Part shown: positions 37,240 through 49,495 of the stretch, piece by piece
Numbering within the stretch: the stretch's first letter is position 1
How the letters are laid out: each line of letters opens with the position of its first letter
NCBI RefSeq assembly: GCF_020745735.1
Contig: NC_083408.1
Span: 81,622,484 to 81,686,483 of the forward strand
DNA length: 64,000 nt
Source of the DNA: Hemiscyllium ocellatum
Lineage: Eukaryota
Direction of reading: 5' to 3'
Program-made: the position numbers and the translations under genes
The notes under the pieces: generated by a model
Database searches by the model: none
The model's input: only the letters and a program-made list of their open reading frames with translations
What the model was told of the DNA's origin: nothing

Positions 37240-40200
37240 GTCGGCTGTTCTGCTCCACTCTGGGACTCCAGTCTGCTGGTCGTCCCACTCAGCTCTGCGA
37301 CTCCAGGCTGCTGGCTATCCTGCTCCACTCTGGCACTCCAGTCTACTGGTCGTCCCACTCCGCTCTGGGACTCCAGTCTGCTGACCATCCTGCTCCACTC
37401 TGGGACTCCAGTCTGCTGGTCATCTCACTCCACTCTGGGACTCCAGTCTGCTGGCTGTCCCACTCTACTCTGGGACTCCAGTCCGCTGGCCATCCCGCTC
37501 CACTCCGGGACTCCAGTCTGCTGGCCATCCCACTCCTCTCCAGGACTCCAATCTTCTGGCTGTCCCACTCCACGCCAAGACCTCAGTCTGTTGGCCATCC
37601 CACTCCACGCCAGGACACCAGTCGCTGTTCATTCCGCTCCACTCTGGGACTCCAGTCTGCTGGCTGTCCCACTCCACTCTGGGACTCCAGTCTGCTGGTT
37701 GTCCCACTCCAGTCTGCTGGCCATCCTGCTCCACTCCAGGACTCCAGTCTGCTGGCCGTCCCACTCCACTCTGGGACTCCAGTCTGCTGGCCATCCCACT
37801 CTGCTCCGGGACTCCAGTCTGCTGGTTGTCCCACTCCACTCTGGGACTCCAGTCTGCTGGCCATCCTGCTCCACTCCAGGACTCCAGTCTGCTGGCCATC
37901 CCACTCCACTCCGGGACTCCAGTCTGCTGGCCGTCTCACTCCACTCTGGGACTCCAGTCTGCTGGCCGTCCCACTCCACTCTGGGACTCCAGTCTGCTGG
38001 CCATCCCACTCTGCTCCGGGACTCCAGTCTGCTGGCCATCCCACTCCACTCTGGGACTCCAGTCTGCTGGCCATCCCACCCCACTCTGGGACTCCAGTCT
38101 GCTGGCCATCCCACTCCACTCTGGGACTCCAGTCTGCTGGCCGTCCCACCCCACTCTGGGACTCCAGTCTGCTGGCCGTCCCACTACACTCCGGGACTCC
38201 AGTCTGCTGGCCATCCCACTCTGCTCCGGGACTCCAGTCTGCTGGCCATCCCACCCCACTCTGGGACTCCAGACTACAGGCCATCCCACTCCACTCTGGG
38301 ACTCCAGTCTACTGGCCATCCCACCCCACTCTGGGACTCTGGTCTACTGGCCATCCCACTCCGCTCTGGGACTCCAGTCTACTGGCCATCCCACTCCTCT
38401 CTGGGACTCCAGTCTACTGGCCATCCCACCCCACTCTGGGACTCTAGTCTACTGGCCATCCCACCCCATTCTGGGACTCCAGTCTACTGGCCATCCCACT
38501 CCACTCTGGGACTCCAGTCTACTGGCCATCCCACCCCACTCTGGGACTCCAGTTTACTGGCCATCCCACTCCGCTCTGGGACTCCAGTCTACTGGCCATC
38601 CCACTCCGCTCTGGGATTCCAGTTTACTGGCCATCCCACTCCACTCTGGGACTCCAGTCTACTGGCCATCCCACCCCACTCTGGGACTCCGGTCTACTGG
38701 CCATCCCACTCCGCTCTGGGACTCCAGTCTTCTGGCCATCCCACTCCTCTGTGGGACTCCAGTCTACTGGCCATCCCACCCCACTCTGGGACTCTGGTCT
38801 ACTGGCCATCCCACTCCGCTCTGGGACTCCAGTCTACTGGCCATCCCACTCCTCTCTGGGACTCCAGTCTACTGGCCATCCCACCCCACTCTGGGACTCT
38901 AGTCTACTGGCCATCCCACCCCATTCTGGGACTCCAGTCTACTGGCCATCCCACTCCACTCTGGGACTCCAGTCTACTGGCCATCCCACCCCACTCTGGG
39001 ACTCCAGTTTACTGGCCATCCCACTCCGCTCTGGGACTCCAGTCTACTGGCCATCCCACTCCGCTCTGGGATTCCAGTTTACTGGCCATCCCACTCCACT
39101 CTGGGACTCCAGTCTACTGGCCATCCCACCCCACTCTGGGACTCCGGTCTACTGGCCATCCCACTCCGCTCTGGGACTCCAGTCTTCTGGCCATCCCACT
39201 CCTCTCTGGGACTCCAGTCTACTGGCCATCCCACCCCACTCTGGGACTCTGGTCTACTGGCCATCCCACTCCGCTCTGGGACTCCAGTCTACTGGCCATC
39301 CCACTCCTCACTGGGACTCCAGTCTACTGGCCATCCCACCCCACTCTGGGCCTCCGGTCTACTGGCCATCCCACTCCGCTCTGGGACTCCTGTCTACTGG
39401 CCATCCCACTCCTCTCTGGGACTCCAGTCTACTGGCCATCCCACCCCACTCTGGGACTCTAGTCTACTGGCCATCCCACTCCACTCTGGGACTCCAGTCT
39501 GCTGGTTGTCCCACTCCACTCTGGGACTCCAGTCTACTGGCCATCCCACCCCACTCTGGGACTCCAGTCTACTGGCCATCCCACCCCACTCTGGGACTCC
39601 AGTCTACTGGCCATCCCACTCCATTTTGGGACTCCAGTTTACTGGCCAACCCACTCCACTCTGGGACTCCAGTCTACTGGCCATCCCACCCCACTCTGGG
39701 ACTCCAGTCTACTGGCCATCCCACCCCGCTCTGGGACTCCAGTCTACTGGCCATCCCACCCCACTCTGGGACTCCAGTCTACTGGCCATCCCACTCCATT
39801 TTGGGACTCCAGTTTACTGGCCAACCCACTCCACTCTGGGACTCCAGTCTACTGGTCATCCCACCCCACTCTGGGACTCCTGTCTACTGGCCATCCCACC
39901 TCACTCTGGGACTCCAGTCTACTGGCCATCCCACTCCACTCTGGGACTCCAGTCTATTGGCCATCCCACCCCACTCTGGGACTCCAGTCTACTGGCCATC
40001 CCACCCCACTCTGGGACTCCAGTCTACTGGCCATCCCACCCCGCTCTGGGATTCCAGTCTACTGGCCATCCCACTCCGCTCTGGGACTCCAGTCTACTGG
40101 CCATCCCACTCTGCTCTCAGACTCCAGTCTACTGGCCATCCCACTCTGCTCTCAGACTCCAGTCTACTGGCCATCCCACCCCACTCTGGGCCTCCAGTCT

Positions 40201-40450
40201 ACTGGCCATCCCACCCCGCTCTGGGACTCCAGTCTACTGGCCATCCCACTCCTCTCTGGGACTCCAGTCTACTGGCCATCCCACCCCACTCTGGGTCTCC
40301 AGTCTACTGGCCATCCCACCTCACTCTGGGACTCCAGTCTACTGGCCATCCCACCCCACTCTGGGACTCCAGTCTACTGGCCATCCCACCCCACTCTGGG
40401 ACTCCAGTCTACTGGCCATCCCACCCCACTCTGGGACTCCAGACTGCTGG
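37240..40450 (+). repeat. 35-bp minisatellite (CTCTGGGACTCCAGTCTRCTGGCCATCCCACYCCA), ~90 copies
   Basis: Continuous tandem units without spacers; C-rich plus strand. Confidence 0.99.
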
Positions 40451-40498
40451 TAGTCCTGCTCCCCTCTTGACTCTAGCCCACTCCGATCTGTCCCTCAG

Positions 40499-40528
40499 CT
40501 GCAATGATGATGTCATTAGCCCTCCAAG
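40499..40528 (+). other. Candidate 30-nt micro-exon, or 3' end of a larger exon
   Basis: CTGTCCCTCAG acceptor and consensus AAG|GTAAGT donor. Confidence 0.3.
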
Positions 40529-41254
40529 GTAAGTCTTTTTTAAAAAGAAACAATAACAAGAAAAGAAACAGAAGGCAGATTATTAATTCAGTTTTGTTTC
40601 TATTGTCTTCATCCACTAATTATCATAATTTGCTTTTTTTTTGTTTGTTCAATTAGAGATCAAGTCGGCTTCTGTTAATGACACATAATGAATTTTGATG
40701 GGCATCAATATCAGCCCTCCAAAAGTAGTAGCCAGCTAATAATCCACCCCATAAATTTAACCATGAAAATAATCCCCAAAATTTGACCTTTACATGCGTA
40801 TATACAGAGGTTATATGCTTCTGTGAGAGGCCACCATTTAGAAATGCTTTTGAATTGTCTTCTCACTGCTAAATGTGCATTCATTTTCTTCAAATCATTA
40901 ACATTGGTAAGTTGTGCCACAGGATAAATGATTATATTGGCTTCTTTGTTGCAATGACATTCTATTTCAATAGGATTTCTGAGCTTGAGAATTTAAAGGT
41001 TGACAAAAAATTATAAATCTTAACAATTTCTCCAGGGTACTTTACCCAGACGCATAAGTTGTTAGATCAGTCAGCATGTATACTCTATAAATGCTACAGG
41101 GACAAAAGGAAGGGAGATCCTTAGGATGAAAGTAGGAACTTGAAGCAATATATTAAAATACTGATCAAAAAGAGACAAAAAGAAATCTAAACTGGAAAGT
41201 ATGACTACAAAATCAAATGGAAACTTAAATTCTTCAAGGCATAAGCCAGAAATA

Positions 41255-41725
41255 CGATGGAATGCTGTTGTTTTGTCTGGATGAGCTCCTGCAATATTCA
41301 AGAAGATCAACACCATCCTGGACAAAGCAGCCTGCTTGAATCACACTCCATCCATCATTGATACAGAGTGGCACTAGCTAATACAATATACAAGATACAC
41401 TGCCGTCATGCCTGCTTCAACAGCGCCATTCAAACCTGCATCCTTTACCACCTAGAAGAACAAGGACAGGACAGACATAGGAAAACTGGCACTTTCAAGT
41501 TTTCCTCCAAGCCACACATCATTCTGACTAGGAAATGTAGAACTATTTCTTTGGTGTTGCTGGTTCGAACCCTGAAACGCTCTTCTGAATGGCATTGTGG
41601 GTGCACCTACATCAAATAGTTTCAGGGGTTCAAGAAGGAAGTTCTAAATAACCTTTTCAAGGCAAACAATGGATGGGCAATGGATGCTGGCCCGGCTGGC
41701 AATGCGCCCATCCCATGAGTCAATA
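41255..41725 (+). mobile_element. CR1/L2-group LINE 3' end
   Basis: CAACACCATCCTGGACAAAGCAGCCTGCTTGA; tail GGGCAATGGATGCTGGCCC...GCCCATCCCATGA. Confidence 0.75.
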
Positions 41726-42591
41726 GAAAAATATAAGTTATCAAAGCACATGCACCAAAAGTCTTAATGGTGAAATAATTGGTCAAGGGTAATGTCTTGA
41801 TCTGTACCATCCCACAATGGTATAGAAATGTAGAACATCGTGTAGAACAGAATTAAATGTCAGCATTAGAACTTGATTGCCTCTCCAATACTCCTCATAT
41901 ACCTGTTGACACAATGGAACGTAAATCAGTAGTCACATCACAACACGAGGGAGAGACAATTTAAATTACAGTTAATTATTAGAGTATCATCTGACATGAA
42001 AACTGGCACTGGATTCGAGCACACTTGTGATCTTTGAAGACAACTACCACTTCCTATTGAAATTAATTTTCACATCAAAATTTCTCATCTGAAGGTAACT
42101 GGATGGAATATATTTGAATCTTAATTTCATAAAATTTAATGCCTTTATTTTTCTGCAATAATTTTCTTAGATTAAAAGCTACTTTTGAAGAGTATTCAAG
42201 TGAGCAATTGTTATCCATTATACATTATGGAATGTGATCACAAAACTTTTGTTTTCACTAACAATATAATTCAAGTTCTGAACATAAACATCAGAAAATG
42301 ATGGGACATTTCAGAGATTGCACTGTATGAAATTTCCCCAAGGCCTTAGCCACTAGAGGGCAGAGAATGTACAGATTGTAAAGCCGTGAACAGTTTACCA
42401 TTGTTTGACAAAATGAAACTCAAGTGTAAAGGAGGAAAAACGACTCATCAGAAATTAGTAGCAGAAAAGAAAAGGCTCACATAACTTGTCACAATACAAA
42501 TGTTGCATATAGAATGGATCATCAAACAAACAGAAGATACAGAGGTAAGAACGAAGGAAATGAAGAGAAATGACTTGAGGGAAATCAACTC

Positions 42592-42900
42592 ATACAGTCA
42601 TAGAGATATCTGTTCATGCTGATCAGATATCCTAAATTAATTTGGTCCCATCTGCCAGCACTTGGCTCATATCCCTCCAAACCCTTCCTATTCATATACC
42701 CATCCAGATGCCTTTTAAATGCTGTAATTGTACCAGCCTTCCCCACTTCCTCTGGCAGCTCAAGCCATACATGCACCACCCTCTGCATGAAAAATTGCTC
42801 CTTAGGTCCATTTAAAATTTTTCCCCTCTCATCCTAAACCGATGCCATCCAGTTCTGGACTCCCCACCCCAGATACTTGCCTAATCCATGCCCCTCATGT
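42592..42900 (-). mobile_element. CR1 3' end
   Basis: MQRVVHVWLELPEEV...FKRHLDGYMNRKGLEGY. Confidence 0.9.
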
Positions 42901-43151
42901 TGCTGTAATCTGGAATACAGTGCATTGAAATGGGGTGGGTGCAAATTTGATAGAAATCTTCAACAGAAAGAGGAATTTATACTTAAGAAGAATTAAATTG
43001 CAGGACTGTGAGGACAAATCAGGAAAATGGGGCTAATTTGAGAACTCTTGCAATGAGTTGGTTCACATACAAAGACTGGGAATGTCTCCTTTTAAGCTGA
43101 ATGATTCCATGATACTATGAAATGATAGGTGGAGCTAAGTTAATTTCCAAT

Positions 43152-43353
43152 GTTAATCTATCAACCCCTCGGAAAACGAACAGGAAATGACATCACCACA
43201 AATCCCAGGAACCCCATCCAGGACAAATATATAAATAGAAAGCAGGAGACAACAGCTTCGCTTCACTTGGAGGTCGCCACTGATGACGTTACCTAGCCAG
43301 GTAACGAAACATCTGGATATCAAACCTACAGTTCAGTGAGCAAATCTACACCC
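43152..43353 (+). mobile_element. Solo ~200-bp PLE terminal unit (family B-related) with TATA-like motif and HHR
   Basis: Perfect 12-bp TSD TTAATTTCCAAT at 43140-43151 and 43354-43365; TATATAAATA near 43228; tail resembles 11836-11871. Confidence 0.9.
43277..43316 (+). ncRNA. Minimal hammerhead ribozyme
   Basis: CCA-CTGATGA-C-GTTACCT-AGCC-AGGTAAC-GAAA-CA-TC-TGG. Confidence 0.85.
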
Positions 43354-43764
43354 TTAATTTCCAATCTAGTCATTACAATACCTCAAAGTTCTAGTATCCA
43401 TTTCCTATTTGTCAAACAGTCCTCTAACAATTTTCTCTGACGCATTTTGTTGACTGGTTCAGAGTGTAACTGCAGCAAATCAGGACTGATGAGGCAGGGA
43501 CCACAAGTGAGAGATCAATGATAGATCATTTGTGGGCTGTCTGCAGCGACATTTTGCCAGGGGTTCTTACATTTGGTGAATGTGAAATATGAAATTTGAT
43601 ATTCTTTCATTAGTCTTCTTGAGTTTTCGCTTGAACCATTATAAAATGATGATCCTATAACTTAGATTTTTTTCCCTATTATTTAGACATTTTTAGTGTC
43701 TCATACTGCCAGAATGAAAAATGCTACGTGGTGAAATTCTAATAGATTTTTACTCAGACATATG

Positions 43765-44010
43765 GTTGCCTTGGCTCAGTGGGTAGCTCTCTTATTCCTG
43801 ATTCAGGAGGTGGTGATTTCAGCTCTCACTTACAGACTATTGAACCGATCATCCAGACCGGCACTTCAGTGTGAGGGAGTGTGGTGGGTTGGACACTCTG
43901 TCTTTCACAAGGGACTGCTCTGTCAGATGAGTGTAAATGATTCCAATCCAATATGTTGATGAATAGCAAAGTTGTCTATTTATGAACAAACATCAAAATT
44001 TGATTATCAC
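43765..44010 (+). mobile_element. Old Deu-type (SacSINE1-like) SINE
   Basis: TGGCTCAGTGGGTAGC head; CACTTCAGTGTGAGGGAGTG...CTGTCTTTCA...CAGATGAGTGTAAA resembles the Deu core (recognised from memory). Confidence 0.5.
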
Positions 44011-44369
44011 CTTGCTTTTATGGGGAGGTGACAACCCAGTGGTATTATCATTGCACTGCCAATCCAGACATGCAGATAATGCCTTGGAGACGCTGGTTAG
44101 ATTCCCACCACAGCAGACGGTAGGATTTGAATTCAATAAAAAAAATGTAGAATGAAGAGTCTAATGATGGTCACAAATCAATTGTCAGGGAAAAACCCAT
44201 CTGGTTCACTAATTCCTTTAGGGAGTGAAACTGCTGTTCTTATCTGGTCTGGCACAAAACAGTTGACTTTTAACTTCCCTCTGTGCAATTGGGAAGGGCA
44301 CTAAACACACTCCAGAGAGAACCAGCCATTTGGATGCAAAATTGACTTGAAGATAGTAGACAGATGCTG

Positions 44370-45415
44370 GTGGTGGAGGGTTGTCTTTTGGACTGAGGCC
44401 TGCGACCAGCAGTGTGCTGAAATGATTGGTTTTGGATCCACTGCTGTTTGTCATTTCATATAAATGATTTGGATGTGAATACAGGAGGAATGGTTAGTAT
44501 GTTTGCAGATGACACCAAAATTGGTGATGTAGTGGACAGTGAAGCTGGTTACCTCAGAGTACAATGGGACCTTGAGCAGATGGGCCGATGGGCCGAGGAG
44601 CGGCAGGTGTTGTTTAATTTAGATAAATATGAGGTGCTGCATTTTGTTAAGGCAAATGAGGGCAGGGCTTATACACTTTAGGGTTCTGGGAGTGTTGCCA
44701 ATCAAATGACTTTGGGATGCAGGTTTATAATTCCTTGATGTTGGAGTCACAGGTAGACAGGGTAGTGAAGAAGGCATTTGGTATACTTACATTTATTGGT
44801 CAGTGCACTGAGTGTAGAAGTTGGGGCATTATGTTTCAACTGTACGGAACATTGATGAGGCCACTTTTAGAATACTGCATTCAATTCTGGTCTCCCTGCT
44901 AAAGGAAAAATGTTCCTAAACGTGAAAGAGTGCAGAAAAGATTTACAAGGATGTTGCCAGGGTTGGAGAGTTTGAGGTATAGGAGTGGCTGATTGGCTGG
45001 GGCTATTTTCCCTGCAGCATCAGAGGCTGAAGGGTGACATTACATAGGTTTATAAAATCATAAGGGACATGGATAGGGTAAATAGAGAAGGTCTTTTTTC
45101 CCAGGGTAGGGCAATCCAAAACTAGAAGGCATAAGTTTAAGATGAGAGGGGAAAGATTCAAAAGGGACCCGAGGGACAACTTTTCACACAAAGGGTGGTG
45201 CGTGTATGGAATGAGTTGCCAGAGGAAGTGGTAGATGCAGTCTACAACATTGAAAAGATATTTGGATAAATGTATGGATTGTAAGGGTATATGGTATATG
45301 GTAAAGGTATATGGGCCGAATACAGGTAAACGGGACTAGTTCCGTTTAAGAAACCTTGTCGGCATGGATGGATTGGACCGAAGGGTCTGTTTCCGTGCTG
45401 TATGAATGCATGACT
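44370..45415 (+). mobile_element. CR1 3' fragment
   Basis: INDLDVNTGGMVSMFADDTKIG; RPLLEYCIQFWSP; CR1 3' UTR. Confidence 0.93.
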
Positions 45416-45417
45416 CT

Positions 45418-45830
45418 ACTTAACCTCTCCTTGTCAGGAAATCCTTCCATACTCAGAATGAACTTAGTGAACCTTCTCTGGACTGGGTCCAATGCCAGTA
45501 CATCTTTCCTTATAAAGGCCTCAAACTGTACACAGCGGACCAAGTGTGGTTTGGCTAATGCCATATATAGTTTTAGGAAGACCTCCTTCCTTTTATAGTT
45601 CATTCCCTCAGAAATAAAGGCCACAGACCATTTCCCTTCCATATTGCTTGCTGAACCTGGATGTTGGCTTTTTGTGAAGCATACATAAAGATATCCAAAC
45701 CCCCCTTTTCTGTTTGCACTGTAGCTTTTAGCTGTCTTTCTCAATTTAAATAATATTCATCTCTTCTATTCTTCCTCAAAATTATGCAGTATTCTAAAAG
45801 TGGCCTAATCAAAGCTTATAACCTTGTATC
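45418..45830 (-). mobile_element. CR1 RT fragment
   Basis: LKLYMALAKPHL..CVQF...VQRRFTK. Confidence 0.8.
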
Positions 45831-46470
45831 ATAGATTTGTATTGAATTAAAATTTCACAATGTGCCTTTGTAGGATTATTTTCGAGTGCTAAAGTGCTAG
45901 TCTAACGGAAGTCCTAATTTTTATAAACGATATTTTATATCATTCTGACATTTCACGTTGGCATTCTCTCACTGGTTTATTGTGGATTTATTTATTGAGA
46001 TGACAAACATAGACAGCAATAGCTACAAGTTGTTCAAAGCACTGCAGTTATTTTAGTAACTCCTTTCCCACTACCTTTTGCTGATTCTATCAGGCTCTTA
46101 TTGATTTTAAATGAATTCAATTTACTCACTCTTTATGTTTCCCCCCTGAAAGAAAGCTTGAGAAGAAAAAAATCACAGGCTCAATGTAAGTGCTTCAGCC
46201 TTACTGTGTGTAACAGAGCTGGGAAATGATGAGGTAATTATCTAACGTTGAGAAACTATTACACTGAGCGTCCAGTGCTCTGCATTGAGAGGGAAGGGGA
46301 TAAATTAACTTATCTCCAATAACAACAAAATTACAAAAAGTACACAGAAGCTGGATATCTGACAAGAAAATAGTAGAAACTCTCAGCAAGCCAGGAATAT
46401 CATCTGAGAGAAAAATGATTAACAGGCAATATTTTAACTCTACAAAGTGCTGGGAACAGGATTAGGGCTG

Positions 46471-46697
46471 TGAAATAACTCCATGAAGGCCAGTATCCTG
46501 TCACCAAGTCATCCTTTATACACATGTGCGTAATACATGGCACTGATCCGGCTAGTTCAGAGTTGGTTCCTGGAGTGAACAGAACCTCTGACACTCCTGT
46601 GCTTATCTGTCAGCCAGAGCTCCCTGATTGAACCAGGTTAACAGCCCCAATCAGGGAATTCACATTCTATGAGGCTGACGTTATTGCAATCACTACA
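46471..46697 (-). mobile_element. Solo LTR (227 bp)
   Basis: TG...CA termini; exact 5-bp TSD GGCTG at 46466-46470 and 46698-46702; internal CCCTGATTG...CCAATCAGGG inverted CCAAT motifs. Confidence 0.8.
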
Positions 46698-47207
46698 GGC
46701 TGCTTTATAATAGATAATGAATTAAATAGGAAGTGCAATATATCAGTCAGTTGAGTTTTCACCCAACTATTACACGAACATTTTCAATGATGATCCACAT
46801 ATGGATCCAATATTTAAAGGGACATTCCTAATGTGCAGTTTGATGGAACTTAGAATCAGGGACACAACACAAAGGATTGGCAAAATTAAGTCCTTTGATT
46901 CAAAGGTTGCCTCTTATTGTGTTCCAGGATGTTCCCGTCCTGATGGAAGGAAGGAGCCTGTAAGGGAAACAATGGAAGGTTTTCTCGATATTGGCCATGA
47001 ACATCAGCAACAGAAAGTAATGTCAAGCTCATGGATTCAGTGCTGAAAGATGTTTAATGGCTTAAGCCAGGAAGGAACATGAATACAGTGGCATATTCAA
47101 ATATGTTGTGTGATATGTGCTTAACTCACCCTCTCAAACGGACTCCTTATACAATCTGATACAGCCCTATACAATGCCTTCATAGATACCCTTAAAAAAG
47201 GCTCCTA

Positions 47208-47766
47208 CTTGCAGAATGTTTCAGGGAACACCTCTGGGACACCCGGACCAACCAACCCAACCACCCCGTGGCTCAACACTTCAACTCCCCCTCCCACTCC
47301 ACTAAGGACATGCAGGTCCTTGGACTCCTCCATCGTCAGACCATAGCAACACGATGGCTAGAAGAAGAGCGCCTCATCTTCCACCTAGGAACCCTCCAAT
47401 TAAGCGGAAGATGAGGGGTTCTTCCTCCAACCACAAGGGATGAACCTAGATTTCTCAGGTTTCCTAATTTCCCCTCCCCCCACCTTGTCTCAGTCAAATC
47501 CCTCGAACTCAGCACCGCCTTCCTAACCTGCAATCTTCTTCCTGACCTCTCCACCCCCACTCTGGCCTATCACCCTCACCTTGACCTCCTTCCACCTATC
47601 ACATTTCCAACACCCCTCCCCCAAGTCCTTCCTCCCTATCTTTTATTTTAGCCTGCTGGACACACTTTCCTCATTCCTGAAGAAGGGCTCATGCCCGAAA
47701 CATTGACTCTCCTGCTCCTTGGATGCTGCCTGATCTGCTGCGCTTTTCCAGCAATGCATTTTCAGT
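47208..47766 (+). mobile_element. PLE family A 3' fragment with HHR
   Basis: PVAQHFNSPSHSTKDMQVLGL; CTGAAGA-A-GGGC-TCAT-GCCC-GAAA at 47677-47700. Confidence 0.9.
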
Positions 47767-49014
47767 GTTTCTATCCAGTCATTCAATTATTCCCACTCAC
47801 TCTTTCTCTACCTTCGGTAGAACAGAGCAAAGAGGCAAAGAACCAGAGATGGTCCTCCAGTTAATTATAGGGTAGGCAGTGCTGGACATCAGTGGATTCT
47901 TGGCATGGTGGATCATCTAGCTGCTTTAGGACAGAATAAAATATCAGACAGCCAGATGCAGTACAACAATCATTCATGCTGACTTGATATCAGCATTCAA
48001 TGAAATGTAGCCATGCATCCAATTATCATTCAGAACATTCTGACCTTCACAATTCTAATTCACATCTTTAATCTTCCATAGGGCCTTTAAGTTCCCTACC
48101 AGGCATGTTCCATGAGGATACTGACTGCTCAGAGGTGGTGTCATCGTCTGAGGCTGCACCATCACAGGTGCATTGCCTAGTATAGCCATGAAACTGTACT
48201 TTCTTTTTTAAAAAGGACACAACAGCCTTTAAGATAGCTGGAAACAAATCATGTGACTTTGGCAACATCAGCTGCACAAAAGACCTGAAACTTAAGAAAA
48301 TACCTCATTAAAGTATGAAGAATATTCCTATATCTACTTTTAAAACACACAAGTTTGTTTATTAAGGAGGAACTGTAAGCAAGCAGGACTTTCTTGTACC
48401 AGATGCTTTGTCTTCCTCCTTAATATGGACAATAGGCATGGAAATGTGTTAAGCTTGCTCAAAGTTGCAATGCCATTGAGACTCTCACTAGTAATGAACT
48501 TCTCAGTATGCCCCATTGATGTGAAAGGTAAACCTTAGCCAATTTTGTATTAGTCATACAGGCTTTAAAACAGAAAACCTAGAAGTAAAGTCCCTTTTTT
48601 CATATTTGTGATATACTAACTTAAATGCTACTTTAAACCATGGTGATGTTTCACATTGGCGTTATTTTGGTCTGGACTTAGAAACAGTTCAGAGAAATTC
48701 AGAGAGTGCAAAAAGAATATAAAGAAAAGAATATAAAATAAGTCTCATCAACTTTCCTTTGTATTATGATAGTTCTTCATCTACAACACAAAGAACTTGA
48801 CTGTCTCAAAATCCTAAAAGTATGAAAAGCACATGATGTGTAATCTCAACCCAACCTGTTTTCCATCAAAGGACTTTGGATTAATAATTGGTCATATAAT
48901 TACGGTAGTCATATTTGTACCAGTGTTTAAAAGTAACAGCAGAAGCTGTTGGGATCGGGGAAAAACCACTGAAGCATCATTTGAAAAGTCATTGAACCAG
49001 CTGCAAGGTAACTA

Positions 49015-49495
49015 CTCAGCAATGGTTAAAATGTTTGTCCTGTTCGGGTCCGAACTCTGCAGGTTTAAAAGTAGTCCGGAGTCCGTGTGGGATCAGTTGG
49101 TTACGGAGGCGGGCACTGAGGAAGCAAATGTGGCTGTGGTAGCGAGTCTGTTTCAGGACATAGTTGAGGAGCTTCAGGGCAGAGGAGATGACCTGGGGGT
49201 TGCAGTGAGAGAGAGACTCACTGAGACTCTTGTAGACTGAGGAGGAGAACTTCTTCAGAGCAGGCATCCTTGCAAGAGGATTTGCAGTAAGGTTAAAATC
49301 AACTAGGTAAAAACAAGGACTGCAGATGCTGGAAACCAGAGTCTGGATTAGAGTGGTGCTGGAAAAGTACAGCAGTTCAGGCAGCATCCAAGGAACAGGA
49401 AAATCGACGATTCGGGCAAAAGCCCTTCATCAGGAATAGAGGTAGGAAGCCTGCAGAGCGGAAAGATAAATGAAAGGGGGGTGGGGGGGGGGTGG
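49015..49495 (-). mobile_element. PLE family A 5' region: HHR followed by ORF N-terminus
   Basis: HHR remnant at 49401-49437; peptide KQTRYHSHICFLSARLRNQLIPHGL. Confidence 0.88.

Noticed and set aside
37240-40450. CRISPR array (35-bp periodicity)
   Set aside because: Units are contiguous with no unique spacers, there are no cas genes, and the context is vertebrate
37343-40532. 300-620 aa ORFs as real genes
   Set aside because: They follow arithmetically from a stop-free 35-nt unit, appear in all frames and partly on both strands, and TAG variants arise freely
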